Assembly (NCBI GenBank): GCA_903864915.1
Contig: CAIPHS010000004.1
Coordinates: forward strand, 3,705-67,704
Length of the DNA: 64,000 nt
Direction of reading: 5' to 3'
From: an uncultured Candidatus Woesearchaeota archaeon
GTDB taxonomy: Archaea > Nanobdellota > Nanobdellia > UBA10117
The position numbers were made by a program, and so were the translations under genes. The notes below the pieces were generated by a model that saw only the letters and a list, made by a program, of their open reading frames with translations, searched no databases and had not been told where the DNA came from. Of this stretch, positions 50,413-60,196 are shown piece by piece; position 1 is the first letter of the stretch, and every line of letters begins with the position of its first letter.

Positions 50413-50969
50413 TAAGATAATAATGTACTAAAAACATCTAACGCATTGGAATAATACGTGTGTGGATTTTAGTATAATTTATTAAGTTAAAATCACTTAT
50501 TTCAGCATGGCTACAAAGCTAGTTGTTTTATTATCTACCTTGCTATTAGTGTGTGTGGTTTTTGTTAGTGGTTGCACACAATCAGAAACTAAGTATGTTT
50601 GCCCAGATAGTACGACAATTGTTTCTAATGTTTCATTATGCCCAAAAACAGTACCAACATCCGAAACATTAATTTTAACTGCTGGCGAGATTACGAAAGA
50701 CTCTTTTGGTAACGATTATACTGTGGTTGATTTTAGTGGCACCGCTGTTGATTTACGGATTAATTCTAGACTTGCTTATGTTTACCTAAATAATGATGGT
50801 GCGGTTCAATTCTATAATACCACCTCACCGGGCTTGGAGAGTCCTACTTATGTAGATGGTGTGAGGATATATTTGGAAGCTTTTGATAAAATAAACAGAA
50901 AAGCAACAATTGAGGTAATTAAAGTAGGAGATTAGGTGCATCACACTATACCTATACCTCTTCTCCGCA
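50400..50969 (+). mobile_element. One-gene islet bounded by a 13-bp direct repeat of the tRNA-Leu 3' end
   Basis: CCTCTTCTCCGCA at 50400-50412 and again at 50957-50969; AT-rich interior; no integrase. Confidence 0.6.
50507..50935 (+). CDS. Secreted lipoprotein-like protein
   Basis: Hydrophobic signal ending VSGC, then YVCPD...LCP Cys pair. Confidence 0.7.
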   Translation: MATKLVVLLSTLLLVCVVFVSGCTQSETKYVCPDSTTIVSNVSLCPKTVPTSETLILTAGEITKDSFGNDYTVVDFSGTAVDLRINSRLAYVYLNNDGAVQFYNTTSPGLESPTYVDGVRIYLEAFDKINRKATIEVIKVGD

Positions 50970-50976
50970 TTCAAAA

Positions 50977-51405
50977 ATGGCAAAGACGATCAGTCCAAGG
51001 GCATTCGCTGAAAGAAAGGTAGAGCGGCTGAAGAAAGACATGTATGCAATCATCTGGATAGCGTTTATCGCTTCTATGATAATTATGACGCTGTTCTTCA
51101 AATCTTATCTCAAGGATATGATTGTCATCAGCATCCTGACGTTGATATTCTGGTATCTTGAGCCATTGCTGTTTGGCGCAACAGGCAAGACAATTACTAC
51201 ATTTTTATCCCGAGGCAAGTATGTCCCAAGATGGAAAAGGTTCCCGCTTTTCTTCCTGATTATAATTTTCATGGATATTTTGTGGAATGGAATACAATTT
51301 TCTATCGAGCGAATCTTCCCGACACAGTCAATAAACTTGGTTTTTGTGGCCCTGTGGGTTGGTTTCCTTTTCCTGCTCTGGGTGTACAAGTTTTCGAAAG
51401 AATAG
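50977..51405 (+). CDS. Four-TM membrane protein
   Basis: Four hydrophobic segments. Confidence 0.65.
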   Translation: MAKTISPRAFAERKVERLKKDMYAIIWIAFIASMIIMTLFFKSYLKDMIVISILTLIFWYLEPLLFGATGKTITTFLSRGKYVPRWKRFPLFFLIIIFMDILWNGIQFSIERIFPTQSINLVFVALWVGFLFLLWVYKFSKE

Positions 51406-51442
51406 TTAGTGTTTTATAACTTTGTCTTTTTATTTGGCAGAA

Positions 51443-52849
51443 ATGGATTATCAGAGTCTGTTGAATGAGATTAAGAATCCTGAAAAAGAGACTGTTGAAT
51501 TAAAACAATCTTTCAATGACATGGAGGCTATAGCTAGAACGATAGCAGCTTTTTCCACCAAACGAGGCGGCAAGGTATATGTTGGGGTTGATAAGAATGG
51601 AGTGCCATGTGGCACTCTATGTAGTCATGAAATATCGGGGAAGTTGCAAAGTATTGCAAATAATGAGATTAAGCCTCCAGCAGTGATAATGGTTGAAAAG
51701 GTCGTGCATGATTCCAAAAAGGACTTACATATTGTTTGCATTGATGTTCAAAAAGGTAAAGGCGTATACACTTTCAAAAATGTACCTTATGAGAGGCGTG
51801 GGGATATAAATCATCCACTTTCTCCAGACGAAGTTTTCGAATTGCAAAAAGATATAAAGAGAATATATTTCGATGAGTTGCCGGCCAACAATGGAGAAAG
51901 GCCTGCCTTGCTAAGCGATGTAAGTGAAGAAGAGGTTCAAAAGTTTTTATTGAGAACTAAAGGGATAGAAGAGCTACAAGACTTGAAGAGATTTTTAATT
52001 AATCATAAGCTTACGGTAAATGGGAGTTTGCAAGTTAAGAATGCTGCAGTTTTGCTTTTCGGAAAAGATACTTTGAATTTTATTCCACAAGCCAAATTGT
52101 CCTTTTGTGCCTTTCCATCCAACACTGTGACAGATACCTTTGTCAAAAAAGAATTTACAGGCAATCTTTTTGATGTATTTGAAAAGGCCTACTTTGAGAT
52201 TACTGAGCGTATGAATATTCAGTCTTTTATTGAGGGATACAAGCGCATAGAGGTTCCTGATTACCCATCGGAAGTCATTAGGGAAATTTTAGTTAACGCA
52301 ATCGTGCACAGAGATTACTTCGAAAGAAATACTGAAATTTTTGTTAAGATGTTTTCTGACCGAATAGAAATTTTGAATCCAGCCAGTTTTCCTTTTGAAA
52401 ATATTACTTTTGAAGAAATTAAAAAGCAAGGACTGTCAAAACGCCGTAATCCCTTAGTCGCTGATGCTTTTGAGGCAGTTAAGCTCATGGATAAAGAAGG
52501 CAGAGGACTGGCAAGGATCGAATCCGCAATGGCAAAGCATGGCGCGCCCGTACCTGTTTTTGAAGTAGGAAGTAAGACCTTTAGAGTTATTTTGCATAAA
52601 GTAAAAGATCCACAAATTCTTAAAAACTCACAATTTTCAAAGACTGTTGATTTTGCCGCATTGAACGAAAGACAAAAAGCGCTTATCGGTCACATGGTTG
52701 CTAAAAAAGAGCCAATTAGTAGGAGTGATTATGTTGCACTGTTAGGAGTGAATGCAAAAACAGCAACCAGAGATTTGAACGACTTGGTAAAGCGAGGCGT
52801 TTTGATTCGATTGGGCGCCAAGAAGGGCGCGAAATATAAACTACGCTAA
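51443..52849 (+). CDS. Schlafen/AlbA_2 domain, HATPase-like domain and wHTH protein
   Basis: EKETVELK (ExxxxExK), AFST.RGG.VYVGV, REILVNAIVHRDY, RRNPLV, EGRGL, TATRDLNDLV. Confidence 0.85.
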   Translation: MDYQSLLNEIKNPEKETVELKQSFNDMEAIARTIAAFSTKRGGKVYVGVDKNGVPCGTLCSHEISGKLQSIANNEIKPPAVIMVEKVVHDSKKDLHIVCIDVQKGKGVYTFKNVPYERRGDINHPLSPDEVFELQKDIKRIYFDELPANNGERPALLSDVSEEEVQKFLLRTKGIEELQDLKRFLINHKLTVNGSLQVKNAAVLLFGKDTLNFIPQAKLSFCAFPSNTVTDTFVKKEFTGNLFDVFEKAYFEITERMNIQSFIEGYKRIEVPDYPSEVIREILVNAIVHRDYFERNTEIFVKMFSDRIEILNPASFPFENITFEEIKKQGLSKRRNPLVADAFEAVKLMDKEGRGLARIESAMAKHGAPVPVFEVGSKTFRVILHKVKDPQILKNSQFSKTVDFAALNERQKALIGHMVAKKEPISRSDYVALLGVNAKTATRDLNDLVKRGVLIRLGAKKGAKYKLR

Positions 52850-52880
52850 ATGTCCCATACATGTCCCATAAATGTCCTAC
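52848..52880 (+). repeat. 3 x 11-bp tandem repeat (AAATGTCCCAT)
   Basis: AAATGTCCCAT ACATGTCCCAT AAATGTCCTAC immediately after the Schlafen gene stop. Confidence 0.7.
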
Positions 52881-53160
52881 AATAGCGAAATCCTTATAAA
52901 GCAAATTTTTAGTTGAAATAAGCATGAGCAAGTAGCGCAATTGGGCGACTTCTGAATGAGCCCATGACTACGGTGATGGGCATTTGATAGGAAAAAAATG
53001 CTCTGAGGGTTTGCTCTCGCACACGTGTTTACTAGAGTAAACAATGGGGTGCGTAGCGCTTGATGAGTCCGAATTCACACTCGAATTGGGATGATGGAGA
53101 TGAGCAGCATAATTTAATAAATAGTGCAAATTCCTGTAAAGAATTTTGCGGACCAATATA

Positions 53161-54631
<1,471 letters not shown>

Positions 54632-54729
54632 AAAACAATTAATGACGAGGCGCAATTTAGAATTGCAAATCTGATAATTGTTAGCTGCTCATCTCTTGAC
54701 CATTCGTTAATGTTCAAAAAAATTGTAAG

Positions 54730-54801
54730 TGGACTGGTGGGGATTTGAACCCCAAGCCTTCCGCTTGCAAAGCGGACGATCTGCCGTTGATCTACCAGCC
54801 C
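54730..54801 (-). tRNA. tRNA-Ala(TGC), antisense within the 16S-23S spacer
   Basis: Acceptor GGGCTGG/CCAGTCC (G3:U70), stem TCCGC/GCGGA, loop TT-TGC-AA. Confidence 0.93.
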
Positions 54802-54824
54802 AGAATTGGGTGTTAGATTACTGG

Positions 54825-54832
54825 TTTAAAAG
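54825..54832. promoter_or_regulatory. Bidirectional TATA box (TTTAAAAG) between tRNA-Ala and the 23S leader
   Basis: 24 nt from the tRNA-Ala 5' end on the minus strand and 25 nt from ATG 54850 on the plus strand. Confidence 0.5.
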
Positions 54833-54849
54833 TTGTTCGCGTTTAACGA

Positions 54850-55002
54850 ATGAAACTCATGACAGATGAAATCGAAAGATGGACTCTGTCTTTGAATTGC
54901 ATTGACGTTCCTAATCGTATGATGGGGACTGAGCAGTTCTCGTGTTACCAACCTGAAGAAATTTGGGAAGGTTTGTCAAAACAAAAATTTGTTTTGGCTT
55001 GA
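54850..55002 (+). CDS. Possible 50-aa leaderless ORF in the spacer
   Basis: MKLMTDEIERWTLSLNCIDVPNRMMGTEQFSCYQPEEIWEGLSKQKFVLA; spacing from the TATA box fits leaderless genes; may be non-coding. Confidence 0.2.
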   Translation: MKLMTDEIERWTLSLNCIDVPNRMMGTEQFSCYQPEEIWEGLSKQKFVLA

Positions 55003-55011
55003 TGTTCATGA

Positions 55012-57960
55012 GAGCTGTGCATAGTGACCTGTTCTTCTAGAGGAAAAAGTAAGCCTCTTGGGGGATGACTTGGCTTGAGAGACCGAGGAAGGTCGTAGCA
55101 AGCTGCGATAAGCTCGGGGTAGCCGCACGCAGGCTTTGAACCCGAGATAACCTAATGGGCCTTCCCATACTCTTCGGAGTATACTCAGCAATGAGTGGGA
55201 ACCCGCTGAATTGAAACATCTTAGTAGGCGGAGGAAAAGAAATCAAGCGAGATGCCGTTAGTATAGGCGATTGAAAGCGGCATAGGGCGAACTGAATCCG
55301 ACCCGGCAACGGGAAGGAGATGTGGGCTATTCAACAGCCAAGCAGGGTTGGCAAAGTTTTCTGGAAAGAAATGCCGTAGAGGGTGATAGCCCCGTAGTTG
55401 ATTCTGTTTGGTTGGGATAGCAAAGAGTAGCACGGGTCGGGACTCCCGTGCGAATATGGGTGTCAGCAACATCCAACCCTAAATATCTCTCAAGACCGAT
55501 AGCGAACTCAGTACAGTGATGGAATGTTGAAAAGCTCCCGCGATAGGGAGTGAAAAGAGCCTGAAACCAAGAGGCTATAGTACGATGCGGCCCTTAGGGG
55601 TTGCATCATCCGTTCTGAAAAACGGGCCGGCGAGTTTCTCTTTGTGGCGAGCATAATCCGAAAAGGAGCATGCGCAGCCAAAGCAAAAGTCCGCAGTGTT
55701 GAACGAGGGACTTCGTGAGTTTGCGAGGAGTCACAAGGAAAAGACCTGAAGCCTGACGAGCTAAGCCAAGCCATGTTGAAGCCGCTGTAAAAGGTGGTGG
55801 AGGACAGAAGAGGTTCTACACATACGTGTTCTTCTGAGCCTGGTTTAGGAGTGATATGCTCATCGAGTCAGGCGCTAGCTGGTTCCCATAGAAACAAGCC
55901 AAAGTTTGGCCTCAGTGGAGCTGTTGCATAGGGTAAAGTACAGATTGGGTAAGCAGGGCCTTCGGGTTCGTTACCCTGTCTAACTCTGAATCTATGCAAA
56001 GCGTAGAAGCTGGGAGTAAGTAGGCGTGGTTAAGCTACGCAGGCAAAAGGGGAATAACCCAGCGAGCGGTTAAGGTCCAAAAGAGCTAGCTAAGTGCAAG
56101 CAAAGTTTCTCTTCTCGTAGACAGCTGGGAGGTAGGCTCAGAAGCAGCCATCCTTTAAGCAACGCGTAACAGCGGACCAGTTGAGAGAGGGGGTACTGCA
56201 GATGGACTGGGCTAAGCTAGCCACCGACACCGCTCCCTTCCTAAAAGGAATGGAGTATGTGGGCGCTATGTTCGGGCAGAAACACGACCGAGAGGTTGTG
56301 CGGACCGAATACAGATGTGAATGCCGGTAGAAGTAGAAGCTAAGTATGGTGAGAAACCATATCGGTGAAAGGGCCAGGTTTTCTCGGCACTGATTGTCAA
56401 CCGAGAGTTAGTCGGTCCTAAGTCTTGCGCCTAAGCGTGTAAGACGAAAGGGAATTCGGTTAATATTCCGAAACCATCAAGTGGCGTGCGGCAACGCAAG
56501 CTGTTTGCTAACGCTTTGGGATAGGCCAACACCTACAGTCGTGGGTGTTAAACATTAAAGTCCAAGGAGTTTCGTAATGAAGAGAATTGGATAGAGATGC
56601 GAATAGTGGCAGAAATGCCATTTGGCTGATTCCTTGAGCCCGTGAAAAAGCAAACAGAGGTTGCTTGATGACCGTACTCAGATCCGACACAGGTGACCCT
56701 GGCAAAGTAAGCCGAACCGTGACGGGTTGACTCGTCCCAAGGGAACTCGGCATATTAGCCGCGTATCTTCGGTATAAGCGGTCCCTGCGAAACTGCTATG
56801 AATAATTGTGGATTTGCAGGGTGCAATAACAAGGGGAATCGGACTGTTTAACAAAAACGTAGGTAAGCGCAAAATCCAAACGGTTTTGTATGCTTGCTGA
56901 TTCCTGCCCAGTACAGACGCCTGAACTTCCGGTTCAACGGAACCAAGGGCCTGTAAACGGCGGAGGTAACTCTGACCTTCTTAAGGTAGCGAAATGCCTT
57001 GTCGTATAATTGACGACGTGCATGAAGGGCTAACTAGATTCCCACTGTCCCTGGGACGAACCCGACGAATATTCTCCTCTGGCGAACAGGCCAGAGACCT
57101 CCAGCGGGAAATGAAGACCCCGTAAACCTTTACTGCAACCTGTTGCTGTTGTCTGAACGCATTTGCATAGAGTAACTGGTACCCGTTACAGAGCCCAAAT
57201 TTTCGGATTTGGGTGAGGGGAAAGTGTAACACCAGTCCTTTGTGTTTAGGCAACTCACCTGTCAGGGGACACCTTCAGGCGGGCAGTTTTGCTGGGGCGG
57301 CAACCTTTCGAAAAGGCATCGAAAGGACCTAATGGTTGGCTCACCGGGCTTGGAAACCCCGGGTAGAGGGCAAGGCTAAAAGCCAGCCTGACGCAGTTTT
57401 CATCAGCGAGAAACTGCGACGCGCAAGCGTGGCCTAGCGAACATAGGTGTCTCTCTTGCCGAGAGCCCTATCTGATAGAAAAGGTACTTCGGGGATAACT
57501 GAGTCGTGCCGAGTTAGAGTACACATCGACCTCGGCGCTTGCTTCTTCGCTGTCGGCTTTGCTTATCCTGGCTGTGCACAAGCAGCCAAGGGTGCAGGTG
57601 TTCACTGATTAAAAAGCATCATGAGCTGGGTTCACAACGTCGTGAGACAGTTGGTGTACAATCTGCTGGAGGTGCTGGGAGTCTGCGGAGAAGGCAGCTT
57701 TAGTACGAAAGGAACGAGCTGCCCGCGCCTCTGGTATACGGGTTGTCCGACAGGGCAGGCCCGGCAGCTACGCGCGAAGGGATAAGCCCTGAAAGCATCT
57801 AAGAGCGAAGCCCACCCCAAAAAGAGACTCCCTGGAACTCTCCTAGATGAGGAGGTTGATAGGATCGGGATGTACGAGATTAGGTAACGAGTCTTTCAGT
57901 CCGCGATTACTAATCGTTCCACCTTCCTTAGAAAAACGGAAAGGTCACTATGCATAGTTC
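55012..57960. other. 23S processing stem (long-range inverted repeat)
   Basis: GAGCTGTGCATAGTGACCT (55012-55030) pairs with AGGTCACTATGCATAGTTC (57942-57960). Confidence 0.8.
55049..57925 (+). rRNA. rrl: 23S rRNA (ends approximate)
   Basis: GCAAGCTGCGATAAGC, GAAACATCTTAGTA, CTTAAGGTAGCGAA, GGGATAAC, AGTACGAAAGGAAC sarcin-ricin loop. Confidence 0.95.
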
Positions 57961-58012
57961 TTTTGAAATTTTTTTTAATCAAGCCTAATAGAAAGCTTTA
58001 TATATAATTACT

Positions 58013-58027
58013 ATATAGTAACTATAT
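58013..58027. promoter_or_regulatory. 15-bp palindromic operator ATATAGTAACTATAT, copy 1
   Basis: Directly downstream of AATAGAAAGCTTTA (BRE/TATA); its exact reverse complement is at 59188-59202. Confidence 0.6.
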
Positions 58028-58679
58028 GGTTAAATATGTTGTTTCTGAACACCAGAAAGCTGCGATAGCAGCAGGCCAAGGTAGCACTATTTTGGATGCT
58101 TTGTCTATCGTGTCTGGATTCAGACGCGTGGGTTTAGTCAGTTTGCATGAATATCTCACAGGCAAGCCTCTTGCAGACTCCGCTGCAGATCTGGAAGATC
58201 TTCTCAAGCAGCACGGAGACTTTGGCATTAAGAAATTAAAGGGTCCACGTTCACGAGTAGGCTTGTATTTGGTTTTTGACAAACATGCAGAAGCTGATGT
58301 TGAAGCCTTTTGCAAGAAATATGATAATCAATTTCCAGATTGCAAGCAGGAAGGCGCTGAAGATATGGGCAAACTATTGGGATATCCCGAATGCTGCATT
58401 AAAAACAGGGGAAAGCCAGGATACCATTTTCCGCTGATTGGCTTGGTTGCATGCTCCGAAGAGTGCGGCGCCAAGTGGTTTAACCATTATGTGCAGCTGG
58501 CAAAAGATTGCGGTGTAAAAGAAATAGTCTACTGTGGTGAGCCGGGCAAAAAACCAGATTTGACGAAATATGGTTTTGTCAGAGATAGCACTGCCAAAGT
58601 AAAAAGGCTTTACAAAATCAATGGTGTTGAAGAAATCCGTGAAGAAGAAGCGCCAAGATACAAGCTTAAGCTAGACTGA
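58026..58679 (+). CDS. DUF483-like Cys-containing hypothetical protein
   Basis: GKLLGYPECCI...LVACSEEC pattern. Confidence 0.55.
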   Translation: MVKYVVSEHQKAAIAAGQGSTILDALSIVSGFRRVGLVSLHEYLTGKPLADSAADLEDLLKQHGDFGIKKLKGPRSRVGLYLVFDKHAEADVEAFCKKYDNQFPDCKQEGAEDMGKLLGYPECCIKNRGKPGYHFPLIGLVACSEECGAKWFNHYVQLAKDCGVKEIVYCGEPGKKPDLTKYGFVRDSTAKVKRLYKINGVEEIREEEAPRYKLKLD

Positions 58680-58726
58680 CTTTTTAATTAAATCTTTTAA
58701 GATTATCATCCAAGCTAGAAAGAGCT

Positions 58727-59164
58727 ATGGTCGATGCAAATGCGCTGAAGTTCAATGTCACACGAGTTCCAGTTACCAAAAACAGCATTGACTATGTGCT
58801 GCATTTCTCAGACGGCAGGCTAGGCAAGGCAGGCATAGTCCTTTTTCCTACGCATTTTTTCGATTACAGCAATATTTACGAGCACTTGCTGGAAAAAGGC
58901 CTGAAGCCTGACAGCACGCTCACGTTCATAAACAGTTTTTACCCTAACGGCGAATTTGCAAAGGAAGAATGTATGCGCAAGGGTGCAGGTTCTGCTTTCC
59001 TAGAATTAATAATTAAGGATTCAGCGGATTGGGGATCTGAAGTGCTGTATTGTTCGACAGCAAGCAAGTCCATGGCCAGCTTCCTGCAGAAGAAAGGGTT
59101 TACCTGGTACGCAGATGAGCGTTATTACAATCTTCTAACAAATTGCATTTGTTTGCTTAAGTAA
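58727..59164 (+). CDS. GNAT family N-acetyltransferase
   Basis: MRKGAGSAFL motif A, ASFLQKKGF motif B. Confidence 0.7.
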   Translation: MVDANALKFNVTRVPVTKNSIDYVLHFSDGRLGKAGIVLFPTHFFDYSNIYEHLLEKGLKPDSTLTFINSFYPNGEFAKEECMRKGAGSAFLELIIKDSADWGSEVLYCSTASKSMASFLQKKGFTWYADERYYNLLTNCICLLK

Positions 59165-59187
59165 ACAAATAGAAAGCTTTAAATATC

Positions 59188-59202
59188 ATATAGTTACTAT
59201 AT
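59188..59202. promoter_or_regulatory. 15-bp palindromic operator ATATAGTTACTATAT, copy 2
   Basis: Follows the identical AATAGAAAGCTTTA at 59168-59181. Confidence 0.6.
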
Positions 59203-59211
59203 TGTTAATAT

Positions 59212-59838
59212 ATGGTTAACGATTCAGAAATCAGTGAGGAAATTGCTACGATTGGGCGCAAAGGCAATGCTGCAATAGAAGCTCAATTTATAGCACAACT
59301 TTCCCCGTACGTGCAAGAGCTAGTCCTCTTTAATCAAGAAGGCCCCTCGGGCGGCGATGGTGCAACATCTTTTGCAAAGGTCAGATATGTAAAAGGTGAG
59401 GATATATTCGACTCTGTTAAATCAGATTTAGGAGACGCTTGTCCGGGTATAAGGGGCGCTTCAGCATTAGGTTATTACAAAAATGACCAAAAGGTTAGGG
59501 CTTGGATATACAAAAATAGAGAAGAGGTTATCAAACATGTAGCTAGGTATCTTGCTGATCAATTAAAATTTGGTATTACGCACGCAGACATAAGGCCAGG
59601 AAATATTATAATTTCTAAAGATGGCAGAGGACCGCCCATTCGAATAATCGATTATGGAGATGATGCAAGTTCTCCGTTTAAGGAAGATTATGTTGAAAGT
59701 TTCATTAAAGAAACTAAAAGTGACTATGTAATGTCTAGGTCCATGATAAAGCGATTTTTTTCTGTCAATGATGACGATAAAAAAGATCTGACAGCGCTTC
59801 TCGAAAAAGAGTTTGAAGATGCAGTAGCTAAAATTTAA
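59212..59838 (+). CDS. Minimal protein-kinase-like (ePK/APH fold) protein
   Basis: Gly-rich GPSGGDG, beta3 Lys (FAKV), HADIRPGN catalytic loop, IIDYG. Confidence 0.7.
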   Translation: MVNDSEISEEIATIGRKGNAAIEAQFIAQLSPYVQELVLFNQEGPSGGDGATSFAKVRYVKGEDIFDSVKSDLGDACPGIRGASALGYYKNDQKVRAWIYKNREEVIKHVARYLADQLKFGITHADIRPGNIIISKDGRGPPIRIIDYGDDASSPFKEDYVESFIKETKSDYVMSRSMIKRFFSVNDDDKKDLTALLEKEFEDAVAKI

Positions 59839-59907
59839 TAAACTGTATTAGTTTACTCAAACATACAAATAACAACTCTTTTAAACTGCCAAATAGGGGT
59901 GTTCTTT

Positions 59908-60186
59908 GGAGACGAGCAAGCAAGCTTAGCCCTTACGGGTTAGGAAAGTCTGCCCATCCACTTCGCAAGAAGTAAAGGCCGAAAATGTCTCGGAAGGGAC
60001 TGGCTAACACAGAAAATAACTGCAAGCATCGCAGGATGACGCAAGGACGTTGGTGCACAGCAGGTGAAAATGTTAGCTAAGGCGGATGCAAGTCGGTCTT
60101 CCGACGCTCAGTAGAATGCTTGCACATCGGTCAATGTCAGAAATGATGTTGCGATGCAACAGAAGGCAGCTTATTGCCTCGTCTCC
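59908..60186 (+). ncRNA. rnpB: RNase P RNA
   Basis: P1 GGAGACGAG/CTCGTCTCC; GGAAAGTCTGCC and AACAGAAGGCAGCTTA forming P4; CACAGAAA, GGTGAAA and GGATGCAAG conserved regions. Confidence 0.9.
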
Positions 60187-60196
60187 ATCCTTATTC

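Noticed and set aside
54915-54960. Box C/D sRNA in the spacer (ATGATG...CTGA)
   Set aside because: Imperfect C box and no properly spaced D'/C' boxes or guide regions
57926-58025. 5S rRNA after the 23S
   Set aside because: No 5S-like sequence; the region holds the processing stem, a T-rich tract and a promoter
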